Counted from the whole stretch's first letter, positions 39,346 through 52,825 are shown. The stretch is DNA of 61,380 nucleotides, filler included, from Sphacelaria rigidula (GCA_964200075.2; 5 parts of 5 records of this genome joined end to end with filler, not necessarily neighbours in it); one strand, 5' to 3'. Notes: generated by a model not told the origin, from the letters alone. Program-made: numbers and translations.

Positions 39346-42300
39346 ACTAGTACTTCTTTCTTCCCCTTCGAACTACTAACCATTTTACCGTTCTGTGCCC
39401 CGTAGTGTGGCTATCCCGGGGGTGGGGGGGGCATGGTGCATGCTGGAGCGGGGGGAAAACCGTCCGCGATGGATAGCATGTACTGTAGCGCCGAGGGACG
39501 TATCTACCTCCATGATATTTTGTAGACAAATAGCGATGGCTCTGACTCTACATGGTGTACGTAGTGTTGAAATATTGAGATATTTCACACAGTACTTTAA
39601 TCGGAGGGGAACAGAAAAAATGCACCCACCGGGAGATGAAATCAACGCATTCCTCCCGGAACATGCCCGCATGTTCTGTTATGAATTTCGCTTGTGAATG
39701 GCGATGACCCTGGACATGTGAGAGGTATGAACAAGCAGCAAATACTACCCCGTTTATTTGTGGACCCCAAACAAGCGGCGAGGGTGCTATCTACCGTTTC
39801 GTCCTGCAACGTTCGAATGGAGATGCCGCCACACACGTGAGATGTGCCACCAAGACCCTCACACCTTACCCCACTGACTTCTGGCAACCCTGCGCCCTAC
39901 AACCGCGGGGGTGAAATCAACGCACTCCTTTCCCTAAAACACTGGAGGGGATGTTACCTTTCGTCTCGACCGGTAACATTTGAATGACCTGGAAGTATCA
40001 TGGGCATCACCAAGACGCATTGATACTGTCCAGTTGGTTCATGCACCGGGGAGCTAACTACTCCCTTCCCAACACACATTGAGGAACGATGTTGTTCAAC
40101 GTGTACACCATTCGACGACGAACGATGAGGATGCCCGGGGAATGTGAGAGGCATCACTGACTCTTCTACATCCTAACGTAAGTCTACCATACATCCACCC
40201 CACAACGTGACGCCGTGTTCTCTGACATGAATGATCGTGCCATGCCAACGCTTTAAATCTGGAATGAATTGGAAGCTCGTGCTGCGGCGTGACAAAATCG
40301 CCGCCTAACGTGTGAGGTCGTCCATGATGTGCGTGTGCGTGACAACTTCAACGGCTCCAGTTTTTGATCGGCCCATTTACTTTTCCGTTCGGATCGGGCG
40401 GAGAAAAAAAAACTCAGGGACTGCATTTCAATCATGGACGGTCCCAAACCTGATGCTAACAGCACAGGAGGGGGTCTCGCAACCTCGCATGCCATGGTAT
40501 ATAACGCGACCGTGCTAAGGGGCATACAAAGACAGAACACGCTGTACATGGGAACCAGCACCGCTGGTACCGGCGATTTGAACCATTAGAGTTTGACACT
40601 GCAGCTGACACTATACCTACAAGAATATAGTCGGGAGCACGTCGCCGGGAGCGTGCTACTCGTGGACCAAACTGGCCCGACCCCAGCGGGGTGCTGGCTC
40701 TAAGCGCATGTAACATGGTTGGCGTAGATGTTTTTTTCTTTCACTCTGCTTGGTAACCATAGGTGTTGGCGAAATAATTGGCGTCATGCCAGGGGCAGGG
40801 GATTGGAAGTAAGGATTACAAAGCGGCTGCATAAAGTTTGAATGCACTGAATCTGATGAAGCAAATCGGAGGGCACAAAAAGGTCACTTCAACATACCTA
40901 CGCGAAATGTCCAAGCGGTAAAGGTATTGTGACATCGTTTGAGCATGCGCGGCGTCTTCGCAACGTGGCCTACGACAAATCTTCCGTCCCCCTATATTTG
41001 GAGCAGTAAAAACACATGAAATCGTGCATCAGCAAGAACTTCGTGATGAGACACTTTCTACGATCGCCCCCCCCCAAAACCCCCCCCCCCCCCCAAAACC
41101 AGCCAAAACCTGTCACGAAGAAAATGGTCATACAGCGCCTGATGTTTGATTTCAGGCTTCATGAAGCGCCTCATATGGGCGACATCGGCGAAAACGGACC
41201 AAAGCGTGGGAATTCCTAGCTGCTTGCTGTGCTCGTTTTTTTTCATTTTGATTTACGTGTAGATTTTGCCTACCCAAACCAGCCACATTTGTCATTACTC
41301 TTGCTTCCCAAGTTTCATGCTGTCAGGAAGGTCAGATTCGTCTTTTGAAAAACATCGAAAAATAATTTCAAACCTTTGACCGCTATGGAGGATCATGTCT
41401 GTGAATCATCACATGATGACTGCAAGACCTAGATAACCCACGCTGGTGGCCGAAGTGGTAAAGTGAAGCTGGCAACAGGAGGCAGGTGGTGCTTTACAGC
41501 GAGGTGACGTAATCTGATGCTTGCTTATACCTATATAGAGATATCGCAGTAGCGCACCTGGGCTGCTCTGAGGCAAATGGCGACGTCACACTTACTGCTC
41601 TGCACGTAAAATTAGTTTCGCTGTGTATCCAAAACATATCGTCACGCGTACCGACGCAATACTACTCTCTGTGCAGATCAGGTTCGGTTATGAAGAAACA
41701 TGTAGCAGTTCTTGTTTCGTAATAATTGGAGGACGCTGCACAGCGAGGCAATAATATGTTCTAATGCGTGCGAATTTCTACAGATACAGCAGTAGTAAAG
41801 CACGCGGAGCGCACCGAGACAAAAGACGAGATACCGCCGCGGCTGCAATATATGTGTACTACGCTCCACATCGACTTGTGTTCCACTGTGTTTCTCGTGT
41901 CATGTGCTCAGTACTACTACTGCCTGTGGAGCATCGGAGTCGACGTGTGATCAAATGTGGAACAGCTTTTATTGACAGGAAAACAGAAGTAGAGCAAGCG
42001 ACGTGTACTGAGACATAGAATATACTCCGTACCATCTTGGCGGCTGCACGCACCTATCCACACTGTTGTGTGTGTCAAGCAGTCTGTGCAGCTTCCGTCC
42101 GCTGAGACAAGTCGGTCGCTTCAAAAGTAGCCTCTGTCTACTTTGCATTTGTTTTTTCAGGAGGCCCAGCTTGCGGCCACATCAGCTGGAATAAAAACAA
42201 GCAAAAAAGTGATTTCGGTCGATACTCCTCCGTGCGTTCTCTACGAACCTCGCTACAGGGTCACTTGAAGTTCATGTTCCTATTGGATCTCATGTTCTAA

Positions 42301-42859
42301 AAACCTCAGCTATGCTGTACTGTTATGGGTGGGAATGGGGGACCTAAGAACTCAAACTCGAAGGCGAACTAAAAATAATAGAAAACGCGGAGGAATAATG
42401 GACACGTCAGTAGGTGGTCGCACCTGTGTCGAGGCCCTCACGGACGGAACACACGTTTCATCACTTTTTAACTTGGTTTAGTATGGGACAGCTGTAGCAC
42501 TTGAGATCGCGCGGTTCTCGTCACAGGAAGCAAGTGGGCCCACGGCACTTCACAGCCCCCCGCATACACACAACAGCTAGGGAATTTGGTTACACCTTTT
42601 TCCCAAGTCGCGACAGCGGACCAGAACCCCCCCCCCCCAAAGCCGAAAACACCTTATTTTTGTATATTTGGGTTTGTTGCGGCTTAGTATCATGCGCAAA
42701 CGCCAAAATGTAACTTGGTGACCTAGTTTGGATGTGTTGGAAGCGCACGCAAGAAACCGCAGTCCAATCCTCCGCTTCGTTGCCGAGATCTAAGCGTTGC
42801 GCGATCGGCACTTTTGGGTTGAGTATCAGTAGAGTCTTCGAGGTCGGAGATGGTAAATT

Positions 42860-43925
42860 CAAAAAAATCGGTGCGCATGTTTTTTTCCTGCCACAAGCAA
42901 GTTGTGACGACATGCAGTTTGGTTGCGTGCCGCCAGGCGCTGTTTTGTTCTGTGTAGCTCTGCACAAAGGGCAATTTTACCTTTCAACAGCGAGTATCAT
43001 TTCAAGTGTCAAGTCGCAGAGGGAGAGTTTACAGAAGAAAGACAAAGCTGGCGGCTGCTTTGTGTCAGGGCTCCAGTGCAGCAGCCAAGGCGTCGAGAGC
43101 GATTTTCTAAGTATGTGCACTGCTGCCTTACATCTGCTGGCGACTGTGATAATGTATTTTGTAACTGTCCGTATATACTAATATATGAATGATATGCGAA
43201 CTATGCGACGTTCGACCAGCTTCGTTTTGGACTGCGTGTTTTTTTTTCTTGCGGCGAGTAATCTGTGCCGGCATTTCACTTTGTGGCGTGCCACCAGGTG
43301 CTGCTTTGTTCTCTTCGGCTGTGCACAAAGGGCAAATTCGCCTTTCAACAGCGAGTACCCTTCATGCATTGAGTTGCAGAGATCGAGGTCACACATGAAT
43401 TTCGCCTGCTGTGTCTGAGGGTTCTAGCGGAAAAGCCAAGGCGCGAAGAGCGATTTTTATTTTAGACTACGCACTGACTATGATGACCAGGTCGGCAGAG
43501 CCACGATTATGCAAGTGACTGCCTGTACATACTGCAAAGAATATGTAAACCATGCGATTTGCGCCAACTTGCATCTTCGACCAACTGTGACTTAATTACA
43601 CCAATCAATATCATGACATTTACTTTGGTGGCGGTCCGCCATGTGCTGCTCTGTTCTGTGGGAATGTGCACAAGGGACAACCTCACGTGTCATGAGCGAA
43701 TACCCTTTTATCCCTTGACTTGTACAGAGTGAGTTTACAGATGAAATACGGCTGCTTGTGGCAGACGGTTTCGGGACAAAACCCAAGGCGTCTAGAGCGA
43801 ATTTTATTTTCGATGACGCACTGGCCATGTATGACCGGGTCGGCAAAGCAACGATGTTTGACGTGACTGCCTGTACATTGTGCAAAGAACATGTAAGCTA
43901 TGCGACTTTAGCCAACTTGCTGTTT
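42860..43925 (+). repeat. Three diverged tandem units of about 350 bp with decayed Cys-rich coding potential
   Basis: Unit anchors at about 42925, 43287 and 43631 (GCGTGCC.CCAGG.GCTG.TTTGTTCT...TGCACAAAGGGCAA). Confidence 0.7.
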
Positions 43926-44180
43926 TACGGGGACACTGTAGAGGCGGGAAGGAACCCAGTCGGTGACAAACCAGTTCACCTCATTTGAGGAGCGTCGCCC
44001 CCTCCCATATCACCATCCATCTCATCTCTGCCGACCTCACATTTTTTGTCGCGTTTGTTCAAGTTCGTCCCTTACGAGATTTTGAAATTAGGGTAAAATT
44101 GACGTCGAAAATGTTGATCTGGACAGAGTGTACCAGACCGTGCCCAAGCGACTGACAAGATGGGATACCCCCCGCTCATG

Positions 44181-45352
44181 TCATGACCATGACCCCATGG
44201 GGCCCATGAGAAATTCACTCTCTAATCCCGCAGTCATAGCTATGTGTAGGACATGCAACGCGCAGCCACTCCGCACAGCGTGAACCTCTTGATCGTCAAC
44301 ATCGTCAACATCGTTCTCAGTAGTTTCCACATGCGCGACGCTGCTGCTCATGGTCTCCAAATTCCCGTACTTCCTCGTTCTAGCAATACTATGCCAGACA
44401 CGCCTTTCACTGCAGTTACGCTGGTGTGTGGCGGCCACAACTGCTGCTGTTCGTCTTCTTGTCTTGTAATCTTCGTAATGGCGGTAAACGTGGGGTGGCA
44501 ACTCGGGGGCGTGTGCTTCCCTAGTATAGTACTCGTACAGCAGCTGGACGCGTGTGCGATTAGAGTTCCCACCCACTGATCAGCGAGTTGTCCGGAGGAA
44601 CATATAATCTCAACACCGACCACTCACAGGCTTGAACATATGTACTACATCCATAGTACATTTCATATGAGTCAGGTCGTTGTTTTTAGGTGACGTGTGT
44701 ATTTTTTATTGATATGATTCGCCCGATTACGGTCCAATTTTTACCCATCGTAGCGTTCGCGATTCATTTTCTCGAAATATAGCGCCCCAAATCAACCCCC
44801 ATTCCCACCCATGACTGCGGCTTCCACGCAGGGGAATACTCATCAATGGCTGAGATCTCAGCCCACACGAGGTCTCAATCCACACAGATATATCTGAAAC
44901 GAGAGTATCGTCTAATTATATGCGTCTTCTCACCACGATCTTGTCGTGTGAGCTTCTGTGTCTTGCGCCCCACATCCATTCGCATTTGTGTCTTGGTCGT
45001 ATCGGTCGCCTGTGCTGTTTCGATTCCTCCTCGGCCCAGATGACACCTTCAACGCGGCGAGATGACGAATAGCGATCGCCTGAATGCTGCTGGTTTCTCG
45101 CGAGGATTGGGAATGGACACTACTCTGAGGTGACAGCAGGTTCCTCGAGGAGCCGTTGCTGGCAACAACTGAGGCATGTCGCGTAGGAGACGAAGGGGAC
45201 TGTGGTGCGGTTCCACCTAAGCTTGCCACCGGATAGTTGTTGAACCTGGCCGACGCATCACGTTCGTCGGTGAAGACATCCTTTGGCCTGGAGTTAGAAT
45301 GGTCATTAGACTTCCTTCCCCTGAGCTTGGTTGTACTTGCTCCACTCCCCAT
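44181..45352 (-). CDS. Hypothetical protein with predicted N-myristoylation signal, first two exons
   Basis: Starts MGSGAS (MGxxxS). Exon 45047-45352 ends AAG|gtgtca and joins in phase 0 at 44543 (branch-like CTAAT upstream of ccag|CTG), giving IRHLAALK-LLYEYYTREAH. The 3' end is uncertain. Confidence 0.55.
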
Positions 45353-46244
45353 GCGTACAATCTAAGCTGACTGTAGCTTAACCTCTAAATGTTCACTTGT
45401 TCACATCTCACACGCTCACCGCGAGCGAAGGACGCGGACCGTTTCCTGAACAGGAACATAAATATAGAAAAGGCGGCGGAATTTCTTCCAATAGGAACTT
45501 GACTGACAGCGTCATCGATCGCGGATACGTATCTATACGTATCGATCGGGTTACTGCTGTATGCTTTCACATGATCGTACAAAGCAACGAATCGATCGGG
45601 TTACCGCTGTATGCTTTCACATGTACTGATTACGTACCCGCGCAACGTATCTATACGCCGTATACTACACTAACGTATAGTTCAGGACAGTATGATGCGG
45701 CACGATGCGGTGCGGGACAGAACAGAGTACGACGTATAGCCTACAAACAACACCACACAGCTGCAGTATACACACGATTGAACACTCTTTTGCGGTACAC
45801 CACATACCTACTAACACACTTAGTAACGACAGTCGTGTCCGCTATGCCACACAAGGAGAGCGCGGGAGTGCTGCAAACTACCATGCAAACCCTTTCAATC
45901 CTATATCTGCTGGGACGCACCGCCGGAGCAAATGATGTGAACGTGCGCTGCGGCGAAACGCGGTGATCCGCGACGCACCATGCAGCGGTACGACGTGAAT
46001 AAATGAGGCGCTACTACTATATACTGTTTGCATGACGAGCAGTGTGCTATTATACGAGCTGGGTCAGCTTAAAAGCGGCTAAAAGTTGCTCACACCACAG
46101 TTTTCCTAGTTTCCCGAATGAAACCGATGTAAGCATATCACTGTGAAGTGCAGATCAACCTGGTAACCCGCGGCACCGCCGCGAAAGAAAATGAAAAAAA
46201 AGTGCACTACATAATACATGACCTCAACAACGGACGAAAAAAAA

Positions 46245-46711
46245 GGGTCTTGCTATTTACGTCAACGTTTACGTAATCTGTTACATCCGTCAACGTTCAG
46301 CATCCGTCCCACAAGCCCCGCATGGACACAGCAACACATGGACAACACTCACACAGTCTCTAGCTATCGTTCAAGCCATCGCACGGAGCAAACGGACCCG
46401 TAACGGATGACATACATGCATGATGCATGGTGGCATGCCACGTTTAAGCCATCGCACGGAGCAAACGGACCCGTAACGGATGTGATAAATGCATGATGCA
46501 TGGTGGCATGCCACAAGAGTGCTCACTCTGCCATAAGCATGTATCTCACCCGTTACGGGTCCGTTTGCTCCGTGCGATGGCTTGAACGATAGCTAGAGAC
46601 TGTGTGAGTGTTTTCCATGTGTTGCTGTGTCCATGCGGGGCTTGTGGGACGGATGCTGAACGTTGACAGATGTAACAGATTACGTCAACGTTGACGTAAA
46701 TAGCAAGACCC
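46245..46711. mobile_element. Foldback element with near-perfect inverted arms of about 160 bp
   Basis: 46245-~46408 pairs with ~46549-46711 (GGGTCTTGCTATTTACGTCAACG... / ...CGTTGACGTAAATAGCAAGACCC). Internal 73-bp tandem duplication. Confidence 0.85.
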
Positions 46712-46886
46712 CCCAAAACAATCTGTTGGGATATGAACTAATGGCCTCCATAAGTGGAGTATCCCCATCACTTGAATTATAGGGGTGCAGCAGCGTCACG
46801 CAAAATATTGTACGCACGACTCAATTCGACGACTCTTGAGCTGAAAGTTCAGGAAGACCTTCGGCACCCGAGGAAATAATACATCA

Positions 46887-47287
46887 CACACGAGGCCATT
46901 CGGCTACCCCCATAAACATTCTCTATCGCGATTTTCATCCTCTCGAGGGTAAAGTGATCCTCCGAAGAAGGAAAAAACCCTCTAGAGGGTATTTCATACT
47001 CAATTCCGGTCATGAAACGAATTCTCTGGAGGGCATCCGATGCTCCAGTGACTTTTGAGGTCTGAATCCCTCGAGAGTAACAAAAAGATGGTGCTCTGGA
47101 GGGCTGCGCATCCTCCAAGTTCCTCCAGAGGATGCGCGACCCTCCAGAGGTAAAACAAGCCTCTGGAAGCGTTCGATCCCACCCTTCTGGAGGGCCGCGC
47201 ACCCTCTAGAGGCGTTTAATTCCGCTAGAGGCTCGAAAAGTTGACCGGAACAGGGTATTTTGAGGGGTAGCCGATTGGCCGCGTGTG
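46887..47287. mobile_element. CACTA/EnSpm-like non-autonomous element (CAC...GTG termini, 2-bp TSD)
   Basis: TIRs CACACGAGGCCATTCGGCTACCCC / GGGGTAGCCGATTGGCCGCGTGTG with CA duplicated on both flanks. The empty site is visible at about 29830-29850. Internal CCCTC(C/T)AGAG motifs occur in both orientations. Confidence 0.75.
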
Positions 47288-48298
47288 CACGTGAGCAGCT
47301 GCAGGTTCTCATTTTTTTGCTGGACTTACGACATTATCTTGTTTTGGCTGACATTTCAAATCCCCATAACTTCCTTATTTTATTTTCTTCGCTGCTCACG
47401 TGATCTTCTGCATTTCGATCATATAAAGCTGCTGTCAAAATTTCAGCGTCCAACTCCCGATATCGCGCCGTATGCCGCCTGAGCGAGAAAACCACCCATT
47501 GTTGGCTGGCCCAGGTCATACCTCTACCTCGAGTCGTCCAGCCCTTCGCACCCGACGGTACCTCTCGGTAGGGGGCTTCTTCTATAACAGCAACTCTTGA
47601 CCGGGAGGACAATACCCCTGCCCACGTCGTTGGCGAGCTGGGCCATACGCGCGCATCTTGTCCTTGCTGCTTCCGTCGACGGTAGGTGACCAGCCAAGAG
47701 ATAACGACGCGCTTAATTAAGGACGTGAATGTGGATATAGCAGACGGCTAACGGACTGCATTGCTACTTCTAGCCGCCAAGTATGGTGACGCCGCTGAAG
47801 TAAAAATTCTGGCGAAGGTGAACGGGATGAAGAGTACGAGTGATCTGTGCTTGATGCCGCCGCTGACGGGGAGGTGAAGGACGGGTTACGGGAGGGCGAG
47901 TGGACGTCATCAGAGGACGTACGTGTATGGCAAGATGTTGACGTACCTTCGATTAAGTGTGAAGCGACAGAACAGCTTGTTCTCCACACGGATGAGTACA
48001 ACCAAGCGGGTGAAGTGGAGGCCAGTTAGGTCTGTATTTGTTTTGCAAACTCCACCAGAGATCTAGCCATCTATGTGGTAGATCCATCTGCGAATTCACT
48101 TGCAGATTTTTCCAAAACAATATCCATCTGGGACATGGATGTACATTCGGCATGTAGATTTTCATCTGCCAGAATAGTGATGTTCATCAACGGTGATGTT
48201 CATCAGGCATGTCCATGTGGCGTGCCCCTCACAATCCTCCCTGTTCACATGCCAAACTTTCCTTCCACAATCAATCACGGCGCAATGCTACGGTAGGG

Positions 48299-48337
48299 TG
48301 TACTCATGATCATGCATGCCACAGTCATAAGACCATT
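48299..48337 (-). mobile_element. 39-bp retroposon 3' stub with 15-bp TSD
   Basis: AATGCTACGGTAGGG at 48284-48298 and 48338-48352 flanks TGTACTCATGATCATGCATGCC... Confidence 0.8.
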
Positions 48338-49085
48338 AATGCTACGGTAGGGGTGCACTTTTTGCGCAAAATCGTGTCTGGTACAGGGGCTGCTAACGAT
48401 TCTACATGCACAAGAATATGGGTCAGGGCAAGGGTCTGTCGAGAGAAATGTTTCGGACACGGAGCCCCCCCCCCTCCCCCACCCTCCAAAAGAGCATTTT
48501 TTCGAAAATTATCATAATTTTTGTGATTTTTCTTGTGATTTTTCTTTTGATGTTTCGTGATTCTTGTGATTCTTGTGATTCTTGTAATTTTTTGTTGAAA
48601 ATGTTGAAAGAAATTGGTCAACAAACACTGACAAAAAACTAAAACTCTGGCGGGCTTTGTGAGGTTCGTATATTTGTTTCTGCTCCTTGCCCGCCCTGTC
48701 CTGATGACCTCGGATGCCGGCAACGCTCACACACATCCATGTACAGTACACGAGCGCACGATAGCGACAGCCTGTAGCCGAAGGAGCAACATTATCTCAC
48801 GCCTCGCCGATTTTTCCCGGACTACTAGTAGTAGGTAGTCGAGGCACACGACACGATACATGATACCATAAATGTAATCATGGTAGGTGATGAGGTTGGA
48901 GGGGCGATGTGTCCGTCATCTCAGCGGTCTCCATGCCAAGAATCTCTGTACACGGCAGCTGACTGCATCCGCCGATGCCTCGACAATAAACTAGGGGGCA
49001 GCAGATTTGGTGCCCCCCCCCCCCCCTGCTCCGTCTCAAAAGGGATGCGTGGTCAATGGTCAAATGACTAAGGCAAGCAACAAAT

Positions 49086-49185
49086 NNNNNNNNNNNNNNN
49101 NNNNNNNNNNNNNNNNNNNNNNNNNNNNNTTAATTAATTAANNNNNNNNNNNNNNNNNNNNNNNNNNNNNNNNNNNNNNNNNNNN
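49086..49185. other. Artificial contig-joining spacer
   Basis: 44 N + TTAATTAATTAA + 44 N. Confidence 0.97.
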
Positions 49186-51499
49186 GACTTCAACCTCATT
49201 TTATGTTTCAACCCCAAAAATTAGGATCGGCTGTTGATAGGTAATACTCGAATTAGTAGGAGTTCAACTGATATTTACTGCCAACCTCGTCTGTATACAC
49301 CATCCCGTTTCTGGTGTGCGAACGTGTTGCAAACTCCCGTGTGGTAAATACAGTAAGCACAAGCTTGATGGGTGAAGACCGCATAGTATTGTGTTGCTCC
49401 TTACATCTGCATCACATAGCAGAAAGCACACAGCAGCTGTTGCATGGAAATATTTTGTAAAGCAGTATAGAGAGTCATGTAATCCTAGCATCCACTGTGA
49501 CTCTACTCATTCGGGTCTACACGACAAGATTTGACCCTTATATAGTAACAGGATCCAATCGGATTACCGTGCACACATCATAGCCGTTAATACTCAAAAT
49601 TTGTATCGCTGCTTTTGTTTCCCATTCGAGCCGCCCTCGGAGGCGGGAGTGGAAAATACAGCTAGTAACATGACATTTTTGGTGTATGCCGCTATCACAG
49701 AATTGATTCTTGTGTCGAGTAACGGGGGACGTGTGGTAAAGCTGTGCTGGTTAGGAACAACCATAGTATCGAACCGCGTGACAACTGTGTTGAACGATAT
49801 ATTCAGCGTCGCGCAATCGGTATCTACATTGTAGTTTCTCGGTCATCGTACTGTATCTTAGATTGGTTCCGCAGGACACAAATAATCACGTTGGGAGCAA
49901 GCAAGCGCAGGACGACTGACAGAAGTACGCAAGCATCGGTGCAAACGTTTGTGCAACGCGAAATCTAGCAGTAGCACAGTAAAGTACACCACAGTACAGT
50001 CGCTTATCATCAGGTGTCCACTTGCAATACAAAAATGCTCATGTCGCGAAGAAGCAAGTGCGGGACAACTAGCACGCGGTACACAAAAAATCTCGAAATA
50101 CTCCGCGTTTATATGGCAATGTGTATAGGGGGCGCACTTAATGCATAGTGAGCTAAAATTTGCCCCAAGTCCATCGGGTTTTGTTTCAGCGACGCGAGGT
50201 AACATATCACCGAACAGTAAGGCATGATCGATGCAGGATAATGGTGAGGGATAACTGGTAGCATTCACATGGCAACAGTAGGCCGCATCAGGTTACAGTA
50301 AGATAGGGTATCAGCCTGGTTCGTGCACTGTGCAAGCGTTGAGCAAGTTCATGTTTAGTGACGGGACGCACACAGTAGATGGCCCCCCTTCATGCCAGTT
50401 CAACAGCAACAGACAGCACAGTACATGAAAATTTTGATTCGGGCAGCATGGTGTAGAGTATCTCCGATTTTTAACAGGGCACAGCAAGCTTCGATTCAAG
50501 CAGACAGCATTGCAACGGCATCCCTGCACCCCATGATATAGATATACATGTGTGCGCTTATTGCAGACACATCGTAGTCCTGCATAGATGCCGTAGAAAC
50601 GCGGCTTCACGTGGACGAGAGTAAGCACTACATGGATGCGGTAGCTTGACTCCCGCGAACAGCAATGAGCTCAACATCATCTCGGCAAATATATACATAT
50701 ATATATATATACATATATATATGTATCGGGCTACACAAGCAGTCCAATGTTCCGTTTCACAGCACCCGCGGTTCATCACAACATTGGCTCTTACCCAGAT
50801 GAATTATGAGGCAAGCGTTTTCCACGCGATCATCCAGTGAACCATGAATCCAAAGCGGATAGCACGATGTCTTCAGGCCGAGCCATCATTTTCTTCTTCT
50901 CCACAGGTTATAGCTTGTTACAGACGCGTTAAAGTCGTGCACAGACGCTGTAGAAACGCGACTTCGCGAGAATAAACGCTGCATGCATGCGGTAGATTGA
51001 CTCGGTCACTTGATTTTTTCAATTTTCGAATCCTCCGCAGTTATAATATAAAATGTACACGGATGTTTGCTGTCTGTATACGACATGCGTCATCGTCGGC
51101 ACGGCTGCCTTTGTTGAGTTTTCCCGTGAAGGCACGGCCTGCAGACATTACATGAGCCAACTCGCATCCCCGCCATAGCTACTATTCACAACTGTAGCAT
51201 AGTAGAGCAGAACGGGTGTCTTGCCTTTGCGTGGAAAGCATCATTTCGAACTGTCAAGAGGACCTCGTCAACCGAACGATATGGGTCATGTAGGGACGTG
51301 GCTGCTCACGGCGGGCAATTTTGCTTCAACTACCCGTTATACTGTAAAATACACATATAAGGCAGGGCGATAATAGCTGCACCCCTAACATCAAACTCAA
51401 TCGTTCAGCAATAATCGCTGCGCCAACGCCGTGGACACGCATCTTCGGTGGCGTAAGATAAACACAGCAGGCAGTGACTTCAAGCACATACGAGATTGA

Positions 51500-52400
51500 C
51501 CGAGGACGCACTCGTTCCGTGGCTCACTCAGAGACAGCATAAATTCGGCATCACATTCGGGGTTATCGTTTGAGATGAACAACGAATTTTCACATATGGG
51601 GACCGAAAAATCACGGTGGCTGATGCTTCGTTGAAAAACCGCATTTTGGAAAATCGCAAGAGGAGTGATCAATACGTCACGGATGACAACAGTCGACACA
51701 ATAGTCCCACATCGGAAGCACCATGTTACAAACAGACGGTGAAGTAGCCACTCTGGCTTGTCCGTGCACGGGTTCGTGTTTACTACTGTCTCAATTGTCA
51801 TGGTTACCCCGATCGCTGCTCAAGCACTGTGATGACGGATCTACATAAGACGGGGCATAAAGTGAAATTTCCTACTTCATCCGAACATGCGGCATTTTCA
51901 TCCATGTGCAGTACAGTATGCAGTGATTTGTACGTACTTGCTCAACATTTATCGCAGGGCAAAACAGTTTTCCAGCACAAGGGATGATCAGTTTAACGAT
52001 GAACAGCTCATCCTGAATGTCAGGGTGTCTTGTTCACAGCTTCAGGCGATGGTATTTCTCTTTCGCAATGGTGGTTCTGAATATCATTTTTCAGGTCACT
52101 TCGTGCCCTTCCATAGAAAACACTGTTAGAAGTAAAAACCAGGGTGCCGGTTAACATCGAATTCTCGAAAGAATCGAGTTCAAGCCGGATGTAAAGAGGA
52201 ATGTTTTTGTAACCGTCTTCGTACGGATTAAACATCTTCACTCCTGACTGCGGCACATTGCGAGTTCCTGCGGTCAGCCCTCCGGGACGTTTCCATCAGA
52301 TTAGATGAGCCCATCATTGTACTGACCTTCCTCCATGTATGCCGCGATCCATAACACATCCGCCAGGTACTTGTTTTAGTCGATGAAATCGGAGACGGAG
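51500..52400 (-). pseudogene. Possible decayed Ulp1-like (peptidase C48) coding relic, probably transposon-derived
   Basis: Fragments in order: IQDELFIVKLIIPC...NHCILY, ISLYAP, FQRSISHRDFSVPICENSLF. These resemble the Ulp1 order (P..HW.L, YDS, Q..DCG). Stops and frameshifts present. Confidence 0.4.
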
Positions 52401-52825
52401 CTTGCTTGCTACCATGTATTGCCCCTGAGTAATGCTGCGATAGGGTCTGAACCTTTGGGGCCAAAACCGGCCTGATTCAGGGGTTCCTGAAATTAGGAAT
52501 TACACAAGAATTTGGGTCAGGATATCCCCGTTTACAAATACATTCGGGATATCCCTAGCAAATTGGAAGAAAAACCCTGGCGTACTCTCACCTATATCGA
52601 AAGTCGTGTTTTGGATGAGATAAAGGGTTCCTAACAATTCTACTCTCAGGCCGTAAAAGTGCTGACCCTATCGCAGCACCACTCCCCTCATGTTTTCACC
52701 AACCCAAATGCGCACACATTAGCGAGAATGCACCTTATCTAACACATGTCCAAACACCTTCATGACCCAATTCCGAATTTGGGGAAATGACTCTGCATGT
52801 TTCAATCTCTGCTGACACTGATGAC

